From an uncultured delta proteobacterium (GTDB lineage: Bacteria; Desulfobacterota; Binatia; DP-6): a DNA stretch of 64,000 bases. The notes beneath the pieces were generated by a model. It searched no databases. It was not told where the DNA came from and worked only from the letters and a program-made list of their open reading frames with translations. The position numbers were made by a program, and so were the translations under genes. Location of the stretch: contig CAWFFN010000008.1 of assembly GCA_963815115.1 (NCBI GenBank), positions 192,001 through 256,000 on the forward strand, given 5' to 3'. The number at the start of each line of letters is the position of its first letter. The first letter of the stretch is position 1. Below, one piece after another: positions 1 to 10,658 of this stretch.

Positions 1-499
1 CGCGGAGCGCGTCGAGCAGATCGACCTCGATGGGATGCTCGATGTCCTGGCCACCCTGGTGGCGCGTTTCCTCGGCCGCGCCGCCGAACATCTCGTTCAG
101 GATGTCGGCGAATCCGCGGTCGTCGCCGCCGCGCTGCCGGCCGCCACCGAGCGACCCGAAGTCGAACTCGACCCCGGCGTCGCCGCCCCCCGCGCCGCGG
201 CGGAAGGAGAAGCCGTGCCCGCTGTCGGCCCAGCGCTTGTACTCACGCGCGCGCGCCGGATCGAAGCCGGCTTGCAACCCTTCCATCCCGAACTCGTCGT
301 AGAGGGCCCGCTTGTGCTCGTCGGACAGCACGTCGTTGGCGAGCGACAGGTCCTTGAAGCGCTCCTCGGCCTGCTTGTCCCCCTGGTTCACGTCCGGATG
401 GAACTTGCGAGCCAGCTTGCGGTAGGCCTTGCGGATCTCGTCGGCCGAAGCGCCCTTGGAGAGCCCGAGGATGGCGTACAGATCTCGCTCTTGCGCCAT
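1..499 (-). CDS. DnaJ-domain chaperone (CbpA/DnaJ class II-like), runs off the window
   Basis: Manual translation from ATG at 499: MAQERDLYAILGLSKGASADEIRKAYRKLARKFHPDVN (J-domain HPD motif), then a G/F-rich segment. Confidence 0.9.
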   Translation of the reverse strand, partial: MAQERDLYAILGLSKGASADEIRKAYRKLARKFHPDVNQGDKQAEERFKDLSLANDVLSDEHKRALYDEFGMEGLQAGFDPARAREYKRWADSGHGFSFRRGAGGGDAGVEFDFGSLGGGRQRGGDDRGFADILNEMFGGAAEETRHQGGQDIEHPIEVDLLDALR

Positions 500-519
500 C
501 GTCGGTCAGGCGAGACTGC

Positions 520-711
520 TCACTCGCCGTACTGCAGTCGGACCTTCGTGTCGGCAACCTCGCGCAGCGCGGTGACGATCTCTTTGTTGTCCGACTCGAC
601 GAGCGGACGAGCGCCCTTCAGCAGCTGCTTCGCCCGGCGGGCGGCGAGCAGCACCAGCTCGAAACGGTTGGGGACCTGCTCGAGGCAGTCCTCGACGGTG
701 ATGCGTGCCAT
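520..711 (-). CDS. rpoZ: RNA polymerase omega subunit
   Basis: [30 protein letters not shown]...ALREVA. Confidence 0.97.
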   Translation of the reverse strand: MARITVEDCLEQVPNRFELVLLAARRAKQLLKGARPLVESDNKEIVTALREVADTKVRLQYGE

Positions 712-786
712 GATCGGGACATTCCTAACCGAAAAGGCGAGGGAAGGGAACCGTCCGGAGGACGGCTCCCGGGGGCCGCCGAGACC

Positions 787-1575
787 TCAGGCGCCGTACG
801 GCGGAAAGCCGGTGACGCCGAGTCCGGCGGTCAGGCCACCGTCGGCCACGATCGCGGCGCCCGTGATCGCCGACGACTCCTCGCTGGCGAGAAAGAGCGC
901 CACGTTGGCGATCTCGTCGGGCCGGAGGCAGCGGCCCAGGGCGTGCTCCGCGGCCAGCTGGGCGCGCGGCTTGGGGGCGAACTGGCCGATGAAGTCGAGC
1001 AGCGGGGTCTCGACCGCACCGGGGCAGATGCAGTTCGCGCGGATGCTCTTGCGGCCGTACTCCACGGCGACCGTCCGCGTGAGGTTGATCACCGCCGCCT
1101 TGGCGGTCGCGTAGGGCGCCGCCATGATCTCGCCGAACAGCCCGTCGACCGACGAGGTCGTGATGATCGAGCCGCCGCCGCGGGCGAGCATCGCCGGGAT
1201 CGCCGCCCGCATGCCGTAGAAGACCCCGGTGAGCGAGACCTGGAGGCTGCGGTCCCACACCGCGGGATCGATGTCGGCAACGTAGCCCCCGCCCGTCCAC
1301 ACGGCGTTGTTGTGCATCACGTCGAGCCCGCCGAAACGCTTCACGGCGCAGGCGACCGCGGCCTCGAGATCGGCCAGCACGCCGACGTCGGTGCGCTGGA
1401 ACGCCGCCCTGCCGTTTCCCGCTTCGATCTCGGCCACCACGCGCGCGCCGCCGGCCTCGTCGATGTCGGCGCAGACGACGGCGGCGCCCTCGGCCGCGAA
1501 CCGGCGCAGCGTCGCCGCGCCGATGCCCGACGCGCCGCCGGTCACGATCGCCACCTTGCCTTCGAGTCGTGCCAT
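787..1575 (-). CDS. SDR-family oxidoreductase
   Basis: TGGASGIG, NNA, YATAK (YxxxK), IRANCICPG motifs; start MARLEGK. Confidence 0.93.
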   Translation of the reverse strand: MARLEGKVAIVTGGASGIGAATLRRFAAEGAAVVCADIDEAGGARVVAEIEAGNGRAAFQRTDVGVLADLEAAVACAVKRFGGLDVMHNNAVWTGGGYVADIDPAVWDRSLQVSLTGVFYGMRAAIPAMLARGGGSIITTSSVDGLFGEIMAAPYATAKAAVINLTRTVAVEYGRKSIRANCICPGAVETPLLDFIGQFAPKPRAQLAAEHALGRCLRPDEIANVALFLASEESSAITGAAIVADGGLTAGLGVTGFPPYGA

Positions 1576-1655
1576 CGGCGGTCGCATAGCGCACGCCCGC
1601 CGGGGAGTCACCAGCTTGACTTCCTGGGCATCGCCTCGATACGAGCCAGCGGCGC

Positions 1656-2111
1656 ATGGGACTGCTCTCGCGCCTGCTCGGCACCGCCGGACCTCGCGAC
1701 CTCCTCGCCGACCTCGTGGAAGCGTACCGGGCCGAGGCGGAGCAGGCGGCGCGGCTGCGCCAGCACGCCGAGCACGCGCGCTACGCGCAGGTGGCGACGG
1801 CACTGCGCGACCTCGCCGAGGTCGAGGATCGCCACGCCGGCTGGCTGCGCGACGCCATCCTCGCCCGCAATGGCGGCGTGCCCCCGGTGGCGCCGGCGCC
1901 GCCCGTGGCGCGCAATCAGTGGGAGCGCGCCGTGGGGTCGCGCCAGGAGGCGCAGCGCAAGCGGCGCCGGCTGGTCGAGCTCTTCGGGCGCTGGGATCCC
2001 GACGAGGTGGAGGCGGCCGACCTGCTGCGGCGGATCGAGCGCGAGGATGGCCAGACGATGGGGGCCTACGAGGAGCTCGTCATGCGCGCCGACCCGCACG
2101 CGCTCGGCTGA
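1656..2111 (+). CDS. Ferritin-like four-helix hypothetical protein
   Basis: Helical 151-aa ORF with EVEDRH and EREDG motifs. Confidence 0.6.
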   Translation: MGLLSRLLGTAGPRDLLADLVEAYRAEAEQAARLRQHAEHARYAQVATALRDLAEVEDRHAGWLRDAILARNGGVPPVAPAPPVARNQWERAVGSRQEAQRKRRRLVELFGRWDPDEVEAADLLRRIEREDGQTMGAYEELVMRADPHALG

Positions 2112-2143
2112 TCGGCCGGCGCTGGCTCGGCCAGGCGCGCGCC

Positions 2144-2884
2144 TCAGTCGGACCGTGCGAGCCAGAGGAACACCTCGCGGTTCCCCTTCGGTCCCGGCAG
2201 CACGGAATCGGCCTCGCCGCGCGCCGTGAGGCCGAGCGCCTGCGCCGCCGCGCGCACGCGCGCCACCGCCGCCGCGCGCACCGCCGGCTCCCGCACGACG
2301 CCGCCCTTGCCCACCTGGCCGCGCCCGGCCTCGAACTGCGGCTTCACCAGCGCGATCACGGTCGCCGCCGGCCGCAGGACCGCCGCCACCGCCGGCAGGA
2401 CGATCGCGAGCGAGATGAAGGAGACGTCCACCGTGGCCAGGTCGGGAGCCTCCGGCAGCATGCTCGCCTCCAGGCGGCGCGCGTTGGTACGCTCCAGCAC
2501 CGTCACGCGAGCATCCTGGCGCAGCGCCCAGGCGAGCTGCCCGTAGCCGACGTCGAGCGCGAACACGCGCCGCACGCCACGCCGCAGCAGGCAGTCGGTG
2601 AAGCCGCCGGTCGACGCGCCCACGTCGAGCGCGACCTGGCCCGCGACCTCGAGACCGAAGGCGTCGAGGGCCCCGGCGAGCTTCTCGCCACCGCGGCTGA
2701 CGTAGTCCGACGCCGGCCTGCGCAGCCGCAGCGCCGCGTCCGCGGCCACCAGCGCGCCCGGCTTCGTCGCCGGCCGGTCCCCGACCAGGACCTCGCCCGC
2801 GAGGATCAGCCGCTGGGCTCGCTCCCGGCTCGGCGCGAGTCCGAGATCGACGAGCAGGCGATCGAGGCGGACGCCGGCTCCCAC
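2144..2884 (-). CDS. tlyA: TlyA-family rRNA 2'-O-methyltransferase
   Basis: S4 domain [38 protein letters not shown]. Confidence 0.96.
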   Translation of the reverse strand: MGAGVRLDRLLVDLGLAPSRERAQRLILAGEVLVGDRPATKPGALVAADAALRLRRPASDYVSRGGEKLAGALDAFGLEVAGQVALDVGASTGGFTDCLLRRGVRRVFALDVGYGQLAWALRQDARVTVLERTNARRLEASMLPEAPDLATVDVSFISLAIVLPAVAAVLRPAATVIALVKPQFEAGRGQVGKGGVVREPAVRAAAVARVRAAAQALGLTARGEADSVLPGPKGNREVFLWLARSD

Positions 2885-2893
2885 GGCACGCCC

Positions 2894-3794
2894 TCAGCCT
2901 GAGCGTGCCGACGGCGCCGGCTGGTCGAGCTGCGCCACCACCAGACATGCGATGGCGCGCAACGCCTCCGCCCGCGCACCGAGCGGCGCCAGGGCCGCCA
3001 GCGCGCGGTCGCGCGCCTGCTCGGCATGGCGTGCGCGCGCGGGCCATCCCGAGCACCGCCGGATAGGTGGCCTTGCCGAGCGCGGCGTCGGTGCGCCCGT
3101 CCCCGGCTTGCACCGCGTCCATGATGTCGTCGACGATCTGGAAGGACAGGCCGAGCTGCTCGCCGTACGTCGTGAGGCGGCGCACCAGCGGCGGGCGAGC
3201 GCCGCCCACCAGCGCGCCCACCCGTGCCGCGGCCGTGAACAGCGCGCCCGTCTTGCCACGATGGATGGCACGGATGCGCGCCAGCGTCGCGGGATGTCCC
3301 GCCGCGGCGAGATCGAGGGCCTGGCCGCCCACCATGCCGGCCTCGCCCGCGGCGCGGGCCAGCTCGCCGACGGCGGCGAGCGCGCGCCGAGGCGCCACGG
3401 TGGTCGCGGTGGTCATGAGGCCGAAGGCCTCGGTGAGGAGCGCGTCGCCCACCAGGATCGCGACGCCCTCGCCGAAGACGCGATGGCTGGTGGGGCGCCC
3501 GCGGCGCAGGTCGTCGTCGTCCATGGCGGGGAGATCGTCGTGCACCAGCGAGTAGGTGTGGACCAGCTCGAGGGCGCAGGCGAAGGGCATGACGGCGCGC
3601 ACCGACGCGCCCGCCACCTCTCCCGTGGCGAGTGCGAGGATCGGGCGTAGCCGCTTGCCGCCTCCCAGCAGGCTGTAGCGGATGGCCCGGCGCAGCGCCG
3701 GGCCGCGCGCCGGAAAGCGCCGCGCGAGCGCGCTCTCGACGAGCCGCCGCCGCGCGGCCAGGTAGCCGTGGAGGTCCAACTCACCTGGGCTCAC
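2894..3794 (-). CDS. ispA: Farnesyl-diphosphate synthase / geranyltranstransferase (frameshift near 3' end)
   Basis: [40 protein letters not shown]; C-terminus in a second frame ending at 2894. Confidence 0.9.
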
Positions 3795-4037
3795 TCCTCC
3801 TCGTCCCGGAGCGGGCGGGTCAGCAGCGAGCCATCCGAGGTCGCGCAGCAATACCTCGACCCGCTGCGCGACGTCCTCGAGGCGAGCGGCGAGCAGCCGC
3901 ACGAGCGCCATGCCCCGTTCGAAGGCGGCCAGCGACTCCTCGAGCGGCAGCTCGCCCTGCTCGAGACGGCGCACGAGGGCCTCCAGCTCGGCCATCGACT
4001 CCTCGAACGGCGGGCGCTCCTCGCGCGGGTCGCTCAT
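3791..4037 (-). CDS. xseB: Exodeoxyribonuclease VII small subunit (frameshift near 3840)
   Basis: FEESMAELEALVRRLEQGELPLEESLAAFERG; shifted tail [14 protein letters not shown] overlaps the ispA GTG. Confidence 0.92.
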
Positions 4038-4093
4038 CGCGGCTCCGTGAACGGCGGGCGCTCGTCACGCGGCTCGCTCATCGTGGCTCCGTG
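4006..4093. repeat. 44-bp imperfect tandem duplication at the xseA/xseB junction
   Basis: aacggcgggcgctcctcgcgcgggtcgctcatcgcggctccgtg (4006-4049) vs aacggcgggcgctcgtcacgcggctcgctcatcgtggctccgtg (4050-4093). Confidence 0.9.
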
Positions 4094-5433
4094 CGTTCCA
4101 CCCGGCCGATGGCGCGGCCGCGGGAGAGCACCAGCGCGACGGCGTCGCCCGGTTTGAGGGCCGCCGCATCCCGCACCACTGGGCCGTCCGGGCCACCATG
4201 GCGGACGATGGCGTACCCGCGTTCGAGGCAGGCGAGCGGGGAAAGTGCCGTCAGAGCGCGCTCGGTGCGCTGGAGCGGTCGCGCGCGCTTCCGCCAGACG
4301 CGCGGCGACGCCGACCTGCAGGCGCTCGCTGGCGACCGCCAGCCGTCCCCGCGCGGCGTCCACGCGAGCGGTCGGCCCATTCCCCTCGAGCCGACGCGCG
4401 AGCATCGCCAGCTCGCGGCGCTCCCAGGCGACACGCCGTCTCAGCGAGCGCTCGAGGCGCTGGGCGAGGTCGTCGAGGCGCACGCGGAGATCGTCGAGCC
4501 GGCGCTGCGGGCCGGAAAGACGGCTCGCACAGGAGACCACGCGCTGACGCGCCTCCCGCACCCGGCGCCCCAGCCCGGCCACCAGCTTGCCGCGCAGCCC
4601 GGCGACCTCCGCCAGCAGGCGCGTACGCTCCGGCACGACGGCGGACGCTGCGGCGGTCGGCGTCGGCGGCGCGCAGGTCGGCCACGAAGTCGGCGATCGT
4701 GAAGTCGATCTCGTGCCCAACCCCGCTCACCACGGGCACGCGCGACGCGGCGATGGCGCGCGCCACCACCTCCTCGTTGAACGCCCACAGGTCCTCGAGC
4801 GACCCGCCGCCGCGGCCCACGATGAGCACGTCGACCGCGCCGAACGCGGTTCAGCTCCGCGATCGCCGCCGCGATGTCCTTGCGCCGCACCGGCGCCCTG
4901 CACGACGCACGGGACGCACGATCACGCGCGCCGCGGGCCAGCGCCGGCGGAGCGTGGTCAGCATGTCGTGCACCGCGGCGCCGGCGAGCGCCGTGACGAT
5001 GCCGATGGTGCGCGGAAACGACGGCAATGGCCGCTTGCGTGCCGGATCGAACAGCCCCTCGGCGTCGAGCCGGTCCTTCAGCTGCTCGAACGCCAGGCGC
5101 AGCGCGCCGAGCCCGCGCGGCTCCAGGTGGTCGACGATGAGCTGGAGCGCGCCGCGTGGAGGATAGAAGCCGATGCGCGCGCGCGCGACGACCTCGAGCC
5201 CATCGGTGGGGTCGAACGGCAGCGTCTGGGCAGCCGCTGCGGAAGAGCACCGCCGCGAGCTGGCTGAGATGGTCCTTGATGGCGAAGTAGACATGGCCGG
5301 AGGACGCCCGTCGCACGACGACAGCTCCCCCGCGACCCAGACCGCGCCCACCGACTCGGTCGAGGGCGTCCCGGATGGCGCCGGCGAGCTCCGTCACGGT
5401 CAGGATGCGCGGCCGGACGGGCGAGCCGAGCAT
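4078..5433 (-). CDS. xseA: Exodeoxyribonuclease VII large subunit (multiple frameshifts)
   Basis: Pieces in different frames: [77 protein letters not shown]. Confidence 0.92.
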
Positions 5434-5447
5434 CGGGCGCTCGCCGC

Positions 5448-6830
5448 TCACTCGGTGCGCTGCGCGACCGTCGTCTTCTGGACCTGACCGCTCTTCAGCA
5501 GATCGAGCGCCTTGTCGAGCTGCGGGTCGTGGCCCAGCTCGCCTTCCTTGACGTCCGGCGGCGCGATCTCGCCCGGCGTCGTCGCCGTCCGGCGAACCCC
5601 CGTCGGGATTCGGCTCGTCTTGCCTTCTCCCGGGATGATGCGAGGTGGCGCGGCAGGTTGGCCTCGCGCAGCATCGTCCCGCTCGCGTCGCCGTTCCTCT
5701 CGCCGTTCTGGCCACCTGCTTGCCCTGCTCCATGATGATGTCGGGCGTGATGCCGGTCGCCTGGATCGAGCGGCCGTTCGGCGTGTAGTAGCGCGCCGTG
5801 GTGAGGCGCAGCGCCGACGTTCTCGTCGAGCGGCAGGATCGTCTGCACCGAGCCCTTGCCGAAGGTCTGCGTGCCGAGCACCAGCGCGCGCTTGTGGTCC
5901 TGCAGCGCGCCGGCGACGATCTCGGAGGCGCTGGCGCTGCCGCCGTTGACCAGCACCACCATCGGGAAGTCGGCCTGCGTGCCGGCCTTGTGCGCGAAGT
6001 ACTTCTGCTTCTGGTTCTCGAGGCGGCCGTCGGTGTAGACGATCAGGCCCGAGTCGAGGAACACGTCGGAGACCTTGACCGCCTGGGTCAGCAGCCCGCC
6101 CGGGTTGTTGCGCAGATCGAGGACCAGGCCGCGAAGTGCCGCCGGTGTCCTTCTCGAGCTGGCGAGCGCCTTCTCGACGTCGTCGTCGGTGCGTTCCTGG
6201 AACTGGGTGATGCGCAGGTAGCCGTAGCCTTTGCGGCAGGACCTGGCCTTCACGCTCTGGATCTTGATGACCTCGCGCGTCAGCGTGACGTCGAGCAGCT
6301 CGGCGGCGTTCTCGCGCCTGATGGTGAGGCGGATCTTGGTGCCCTTCGGGCCGCGCATCTTCTTGACGGCTTCCACGAGCGGCATGTCCTTGGTGAACTC
6401 GTCGTCGATCTTGATGATCTGGTCGCCGGGCCTTGACGCCGGCGCGCGACGGCGGGCGTGTCCTCGATCGGCGACGACGACCGTGAGCACGCCGTTGCGC
6501 TTCGTGATCTCGATGCCGAGGCCGCCGAAGCTGCCCCGCGTGTCGACCTGCAGCTCCTTGTAGAGTTCGGGCGTCAGGTAGGCGCTGTGCGGATCGAGCG
6601 AGGCGAGCATGCCGTTGATGGCGCCATCGATCAGCTGCTTCGTGTCCGACCTCGTCGACGTAGTTCTTCTGGACCATGGCGAGGACGTTGGTGAACGTCT
6701 CCAGCTCCTCGTACGAGGCATTCGGGGCGGCCCCCACACGCTCTGCTCCGCGGCCGCCCGAGAAGAGGACGGCCAGGAGAATGGCCAGAGGGACCGCCAG
6801 TGCCAAACCGGTGCGCCGATTTCCGTTCAT
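5448..6830 (-). CDS. ctpA: Carboxyl-terminal processing protease, S41A family (multiple frameshifts)
   Basis: LDPHSAYL, GSFGGLGIE, DLRNNPGG, SASASEIVAGALQD, TFGKGSVQ, DPQLDKAL. Confidence 0.92.
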   Translation of the reverse strand: MNGNRRTGLALAVPLAILLAVLFSGGRGAERVGAAPNASYEELETFTNVLAMVQKNYVDEVGHEAADRWRHQRHARLARSAQRLPDARTLQGAAGRHAGQLRRPRHRDHEAQRRAHGRRRRSRTRPPSRAGVKARRPDHQDRRRVHQGHAARGSRQEDARPEGHQDPPHHQARERRRAARRHADARGHQDPEREGQVLPQRLRLPAHHPVPGTHRRRRREGARQLEKDTGGTSRPGPRSAQQPGRAADPGGQGLRRVPRLGPDRLHRRPPREPEAEVLRAQGRHAGRLPDGGAGQRRQRQRLRDRRRRAAGPQARAGARHADLRQGLGADDPAARRERRRCASPRRATTRRTAARSRRPASRPTSSWSRASRWPERREERRRERDDAARGQPAAPPRIIPGEGKTSRIPTGVRRTATTPGEIAPPDVKEGELGHDPQLDKALDLLKSGQVQKTTVAQRTE

Positions 6831-6886
6831 GCACCCCTCGCGATGACCGTACTATACGTGCCCGGGCGAGCGGAGGGAAATCTGCC

Positions 6887-7441
6887 TCAGGGGGCTGCTC
6901 CGGTCCCCGCCGCGGCAACGTCCGTCGGCGCCCTGAGGAGCGCCTCCAGCGCCTCCACCTGTGCCGGAGCATCCCACTGCCGGGGACCGATCACCCGCTC
7001 CACCACCCGTCCCTCGCGGTCGATGATGAAGGATTCGGGATAGCCCCACACCTGGTAGCGGTCGCCGACCTGGTGCTCCGGGTCGACCAGCACGGGGAAG
7101 GTCAGCCCGAGGTCGCGCACGAAGGGGGCCACTGCCGCCTTGCCCGCCTCGTCCTGGCTCACCGCGAGCAGGACGAAGCCCCGATCGCGCAGCTGCCTGA
7201 ACAGACGCTCCATTGACGGCATCTCCTCGCGGCAAGGCGGACACCAGGTGGTCCAGAGATTCAGCAGGACGACCTTGCCGCGCAGGTTCGACAGCCGGAC
7301 GGCTTGACCGGCGAGGTCGGGGACCGCGAAGTCGGGGGCGAGCGCGGGGGTACGGCCGTGGAGCGCGCCGACGGCCAGCACGGTGGCCACTCCGAGCCCC
7401 ACGGTCACCAGCGCGATTCTCAGGCCTCGGCTGCGCGCCAT
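6887..7441 (-). CDS. TlpA/ResA-family thiol-disulfide oxidoreductase
   Basis: N-terminal TM helix; LNLWTTWCPPCREEMP. Confidence 0.92.
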   Translation of the reverse strand: MARSRGLRIALVTVGLGVATVLAVGALHGRTPALAPDFAVPDLAGQAVRLSNLRGKVVLLNLWTTWCPPCREEMPSMERLFRQLRDRGFVLLAVSQDEAGKAAVAPFVRDLGLTFPVLVDPEHQVGDRYQVWGYPESFIIDREGRVVERVIGPRQWDAPAQVEALEALLRAPTDVAAAGTGAAP

Positions 7442-8187
7442 CTTCCCTGCGCCAGCAGCCGGGTACCGCCGACGACGACGAGCACCAGGCTGGCGAGCTG
7501 TGCGGCAGTCAGGTTGCCCATGACGACCGGATTGACGCGCACGAATTCGACCAGGAACCGCGCCCCGCTGGCGAGCACGAGGTACCAGCAGAAGATGGTC
7601 CCGTCGGGCTGGGGCGATCGCCGCCGGCGCCACAGGATCGCGAAGATGGCGAAGTAAGCGAGCGACTCGTAGATGGGTGCCGGATGCACCCGGATGCCGG
7701 GAGGATACGGCCATCCCACCACTGCATACGGGTACGCCATGCCCCAGGGCACCGTCGTGACCGTGCCCCAGTCACCGTCACCCGAGAGCTGACAGCCGAT
7801 GCGGCCGATCGCCTGGCCGATCACGAGCGCCGGAGCCACCGCGTCCGCCCCGCGCCACCAGGGAATGCCGTGGCGCCTGAAGAAGAGCGTCATCGCCAGC
7901 GCGCCGCCGACCAGGCCGCCATAGAAGACGAAGCCGCTGCCGGTGAAGAGCAGGCCGAAGGGATCGCGCAGGAACCCCGGCCAGTCCTCGAAGACCAGCC
8001 ACAGACGCGCGCCCACGAGGCTGCCGACCGCACACCACAGCACCGCCGACGACGCGAGGTCGCCGCTGTATCCCTTGCGCTCGAGCTCCAGCCCCAACAC
8101 GTGCCCCGCCGCCATGAAGGCGATCGCGAGCATCATGCCGAAGAGGTGAATCGGGATGGGGCCGAGGTGGAGGACGTCCGGTATCAT
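7420..8187 (-). CDS. lgt: Prolipoprotein diacylglyceryl transferase
   Basis: [37 protein letters not shown]. Confidence 0.94.
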   Translation of the reverse strand: MIPDVLHLGPIPIHLFGMMLAIAFMAAGHVLGLELERKGYSGDLASSAVLWCAVGSLVGARLWLVFEDWPGFLRDPFGLLFTGSGFVFYGGLVGGALAMTLFFRRHGIPWWRGADAVAPALVIGQAIGRIGCQLSGDGDWGTVTTVPWGMAYPYAVVGWPYPPGIRVHPAPIYESLAYFAIFAILWRRRRSPQPDGTIFCWYLVLASGARFLVEFVRVNPVVMGNLTAAQLASLVLVVVGGTRLLAQGRWRAAEA

Positions 8188-8263
8188 CCGGGTCTTCCAT
8201 CCTAGCCGAGCCACCAGGTCACTGCCACTCGCGCCTCCCGAACGATCGTGCTTTAACGCGCGC

Positions 8264-8719
8264 GTGCGAGCCGTGGTGCAACGCGTGCGCGAAGCGCAGG
8301 TTGCGGTCGCCGGCGAGGTGATCGGCGCCATCGGCCACGGTCTCTGCGTTCTGGTGGGCGTCGCGGCGGGCGATTCGGCGGCGGAGGCCGAGCTCCTCAG
8401 CCGCAAGGTGCTCGCGCTGCGCGTCTTCGACGACGACGCGGGACAGATGAACCGCTCGCTGGACGACGTCGGCGGAGCGCTCCTCGTGGTGTCGCAGTTC
8501 ACGCTGCACGCCGACTGCCGCCATGGCCGCCGCCCCTCCTTCACCGCCGCCGCGCCCGCCCCGGCGGCGCGCGCACTGTACGAGCACTTCGTCGCCGCGG
8601 CGCGCGTGGCCGGCGCGACGGTGGAGACCGGACGGTTCCAGGCGCGCATGACCCTCGCGCTGGTGAACGACGGCCCGGTCACGCTGCTGCTCGACACGGC
8701 CGAGCTCCGAGCCGCCTGA
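8264..8719 (+). CDS. dtd: D-aminoacyl-tRNA deacylase
   Basis: RAVVQRV, VSQFTL, GRRPSF, NDGPVT; GTG start. Confidence 0.96.
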   Translation: MRAVVQRVREAQVAVAGEVIGAIGHGLCVLVGVAAGDSAAEAELLSRKVLALRVFDDDAGQMNRSLDDVGGALLVVSQFTLHADCRHGRRPSFTAAAPAPAARALYEHFVAAARVAGATVETGRFQARMTLALVNDGPVTLLLDTAELRAA

Positions 8720-8720
8720 G

Positions 8721-9185
8721 ATGCCGCGCGCGGGATTCACGGCCATCCACGCCGGCCGCATCCGCTTCGGCAAGGACGGCTGCTGGTACTGCGACGACGA
8801 GCCGATCGCCAACCGCGCCATCTGCCGGCTCTACGCCCGCGCGATGACGATCGGGCCGGACGGCCAAGCTCGCCTCACGCTCGGGGAGGATCGCGCCGAG
8901 GTCGAGATCGAGGACACGCCCTGGGTCGTGATCGGGATCGAGGGCGATTCGGAGCATGGCTTCACGCTCGTCCTGAACGACGAGACGCGCGAGCCGCTCC
9001 ACCCCGGAGGTCTGCGCCTGAGCCCCCAGCACGTTCCGTACTGCCGGGTGAAGGGCGGCCGTTGCGAGGCCCGCATGCTGCGCAACGCCTACTACGCCCT
9101 CGTCCGCCACGCCGAGCCCGGACCGGACGGCACCTGCATCCTGCCGGTCGCCGGCCGGCGCATCCCGCTCGCACCGCCGTCCTGA
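8721..9185 (+). CDS. DUF1285-like conserved hypothetical protein
   Basis: DGCWYCDDEPI, VEIEDTPWV, PYCRVKGG..EAR pattern. Confidence 0.7.
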   Translation: MPRAGFTAIHAGRIRFGKDGCWYCDDEPIANRAICRLYARAMTIGPDGQARLTLGEDRAEVEIEDTPWVVIGIEGDSEHGFTLVLNDETREPLHPGGLRLSPQHVPYCRVKGGRCEARMLRNAYYALVRHAEPGPDGTCILPVAGRRIPLAPPS

Positions 9186-9191
9186 GCGACC

Positions 9192-9644
9192 GTGCACGTC
9201 GTGCTCGTGGCTCCCGAGATCCCGCCGAACACCGGCTCCATCGGCCGCCTCTGCGTCGCCACCGGCACGCCGCTCCATCTCGTCGAGCCACTCGGGTTCA
9301 CGATCGACGACCGCCAGCTCCGGCGCGCGGGGCTCGACTACTGGCCGCACGTCGAGGTGCATCGCTGGGCCACCTGGGACTCGTTTCTCGCCGGCCGTCC
9401 GCCGGGGCGGCTGCTCTGCTTCGCCGCCCGCGCGCCGCGCGCCTACACCTCGCTCGCCTACCGCGCGGACGATCTGCTGGTCTTCGGCGGCGAGAGCCGC
9501 GGGCTGCCGGCCGCGGTGCGCGAGACCCATGCCGACGCGACCTACGCCATCCCGATCGCGAGTCCCCACGTCCGCAGCCTCAACCTCGCCACCGCGGTCG
9601 CCATCGTCCTGTTCGAGGGTCTGCGGCAGCTCGGAGCCGCGTGA
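9192..9644 (+). CDS. trmL: tRNA (cytidine34-2'-O)-methyltransferase
   Basis: PEIPPNTG, RRAGLDYW, FGGESRGL, RSLNLA. Confidence 0.96.
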   Translation: MHVVLVAPEIPPNTGSIGRLCVATGTPLHLVEPLGFTIDDRQLRRAGLDYWPHVEVHRWATWDSFLAGRPPGRLLCFAARAPRAYTSLAYRADDLLVFGGESRGLPAAVRETHADATYAIPIASPHVRSLNLATAVAIVLFEGLRQLGAA

Positions 9645-10475
9645 GGCCGGCCCGTCCCGCCGCCGTACTCGTCCTGACGCTGCTGGCGGCATGCGCGCCG
9701 ATTCCCGCTGCCGCGCCAGTCGACCTTCCATCCCTCGGACGCCGACCTCGCCGTCACGCGCATCGTCCACGGCTCGTTCGTGCTCGAGCTGCACGGGACG
9801 CGGCTGCTGGTGGATCCGTGGTTTCACTCCAGCTGGCTGATTCGCCAGCGCGAGGCGCTCGGACTCACGCCCGCCACCCTGCCGAAGCTCTCCGCCGTGC
9901 TGCTCACCGGCGACGACGTCACACGGCTCGATCCGGATGCATTGCACGAGCTGGCGGCCAATACCCCGCGCGCGGTCGTGCCCCCGGCCCTGCGCGAGCG
10001 CATCCTCGCCCTCGGGTTCCATGACGTCACCGGTCTCGCCTGGTGGGAGCGCGCGGACGTCGACGGGGTCACGATCACCGCCGTGCCCACGAGCGCCGGG
10101 CCGCGCGAGAACGGCTACGTCGTGGTGTCGCACGACACCCGGCTCTACTTCGCGGGCGACACCAAGCCCTTCCCCGATCTGGTCGACGTGGCGACCGCGT
10201 TCCCGCACCTCGACGTCGCCGTGCTGCCGATCGGCGGCCGGCGCAGCTTCGGCATGGCGCGCCAGATGACGCCCGAGCAGGCCGCCGACGCGGCGGCCCT
10301 GCTGAAGCCCGCGCGCGCCATCCCGAGCGGCTTCGGAGCCGTCAGCGGCTCCCCGTTCATCTCGTTCCCCGAGGATCCGGTGGGCGCGTTCCGCAAGGCG
10401 ATGGAGCAGAAGGGGCTCGGCGACCGGCTTCTCATCCTGGAGCCGGGCGAGAGCTGGCACTACGCCAAGCCCTGA
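9641..10475 (+). CDS. MBL-fold lipoprotein (UlaG/NAPE-PLD-like); 1-nt frameshift near 9705; island integration target
   Basis: Lipobox LAAC in one frame, then LLVDPWF, LYFAGDT, LPIGG, ILEPGE in another. Confidence 0.8.
10396..10475 (+). repeat. attL-like 80-bp direct repeat (3' end of the MBL gene)
   Basis: 73/80 identical to 42407-42486 by manual alignment. Confidence 0.9.
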
Positions 10476-10658
10476 GGTCGGGGAGCGCCCCAGCGTTGAG
10501 GTCGAGACCATACCGGGCGCAACAACTCGAACGTGTGCGGCTTTGAGCTTGGGCTCTGCCCGGCGGCTCGTGAGCGGCGGTTGGTCTCAGCCGTGTGATC
10601 GGCAGCGTACCGCACGCTCACCCGGGAAGGGTGGACGCGGAGGCGACATCGTCGTCCC

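Noticed and set aside
1608-4037. Apparent 809-aa XseB-IspA fusion ORF
   Set aside because: Produced by frameshifts; separate xseB stop and ispA start are visible at 3791-3794.
2894-6830. Many frameshifts in ispA, xseB, xseA and ctpA suggesting pseudogenes or programmed frameshifting
   Set aside because: Indels cluster in one stretch of conserved genes whose motifs are otherwise intact; low-coverage long-read error is the simplest explanation. Read data are needed.
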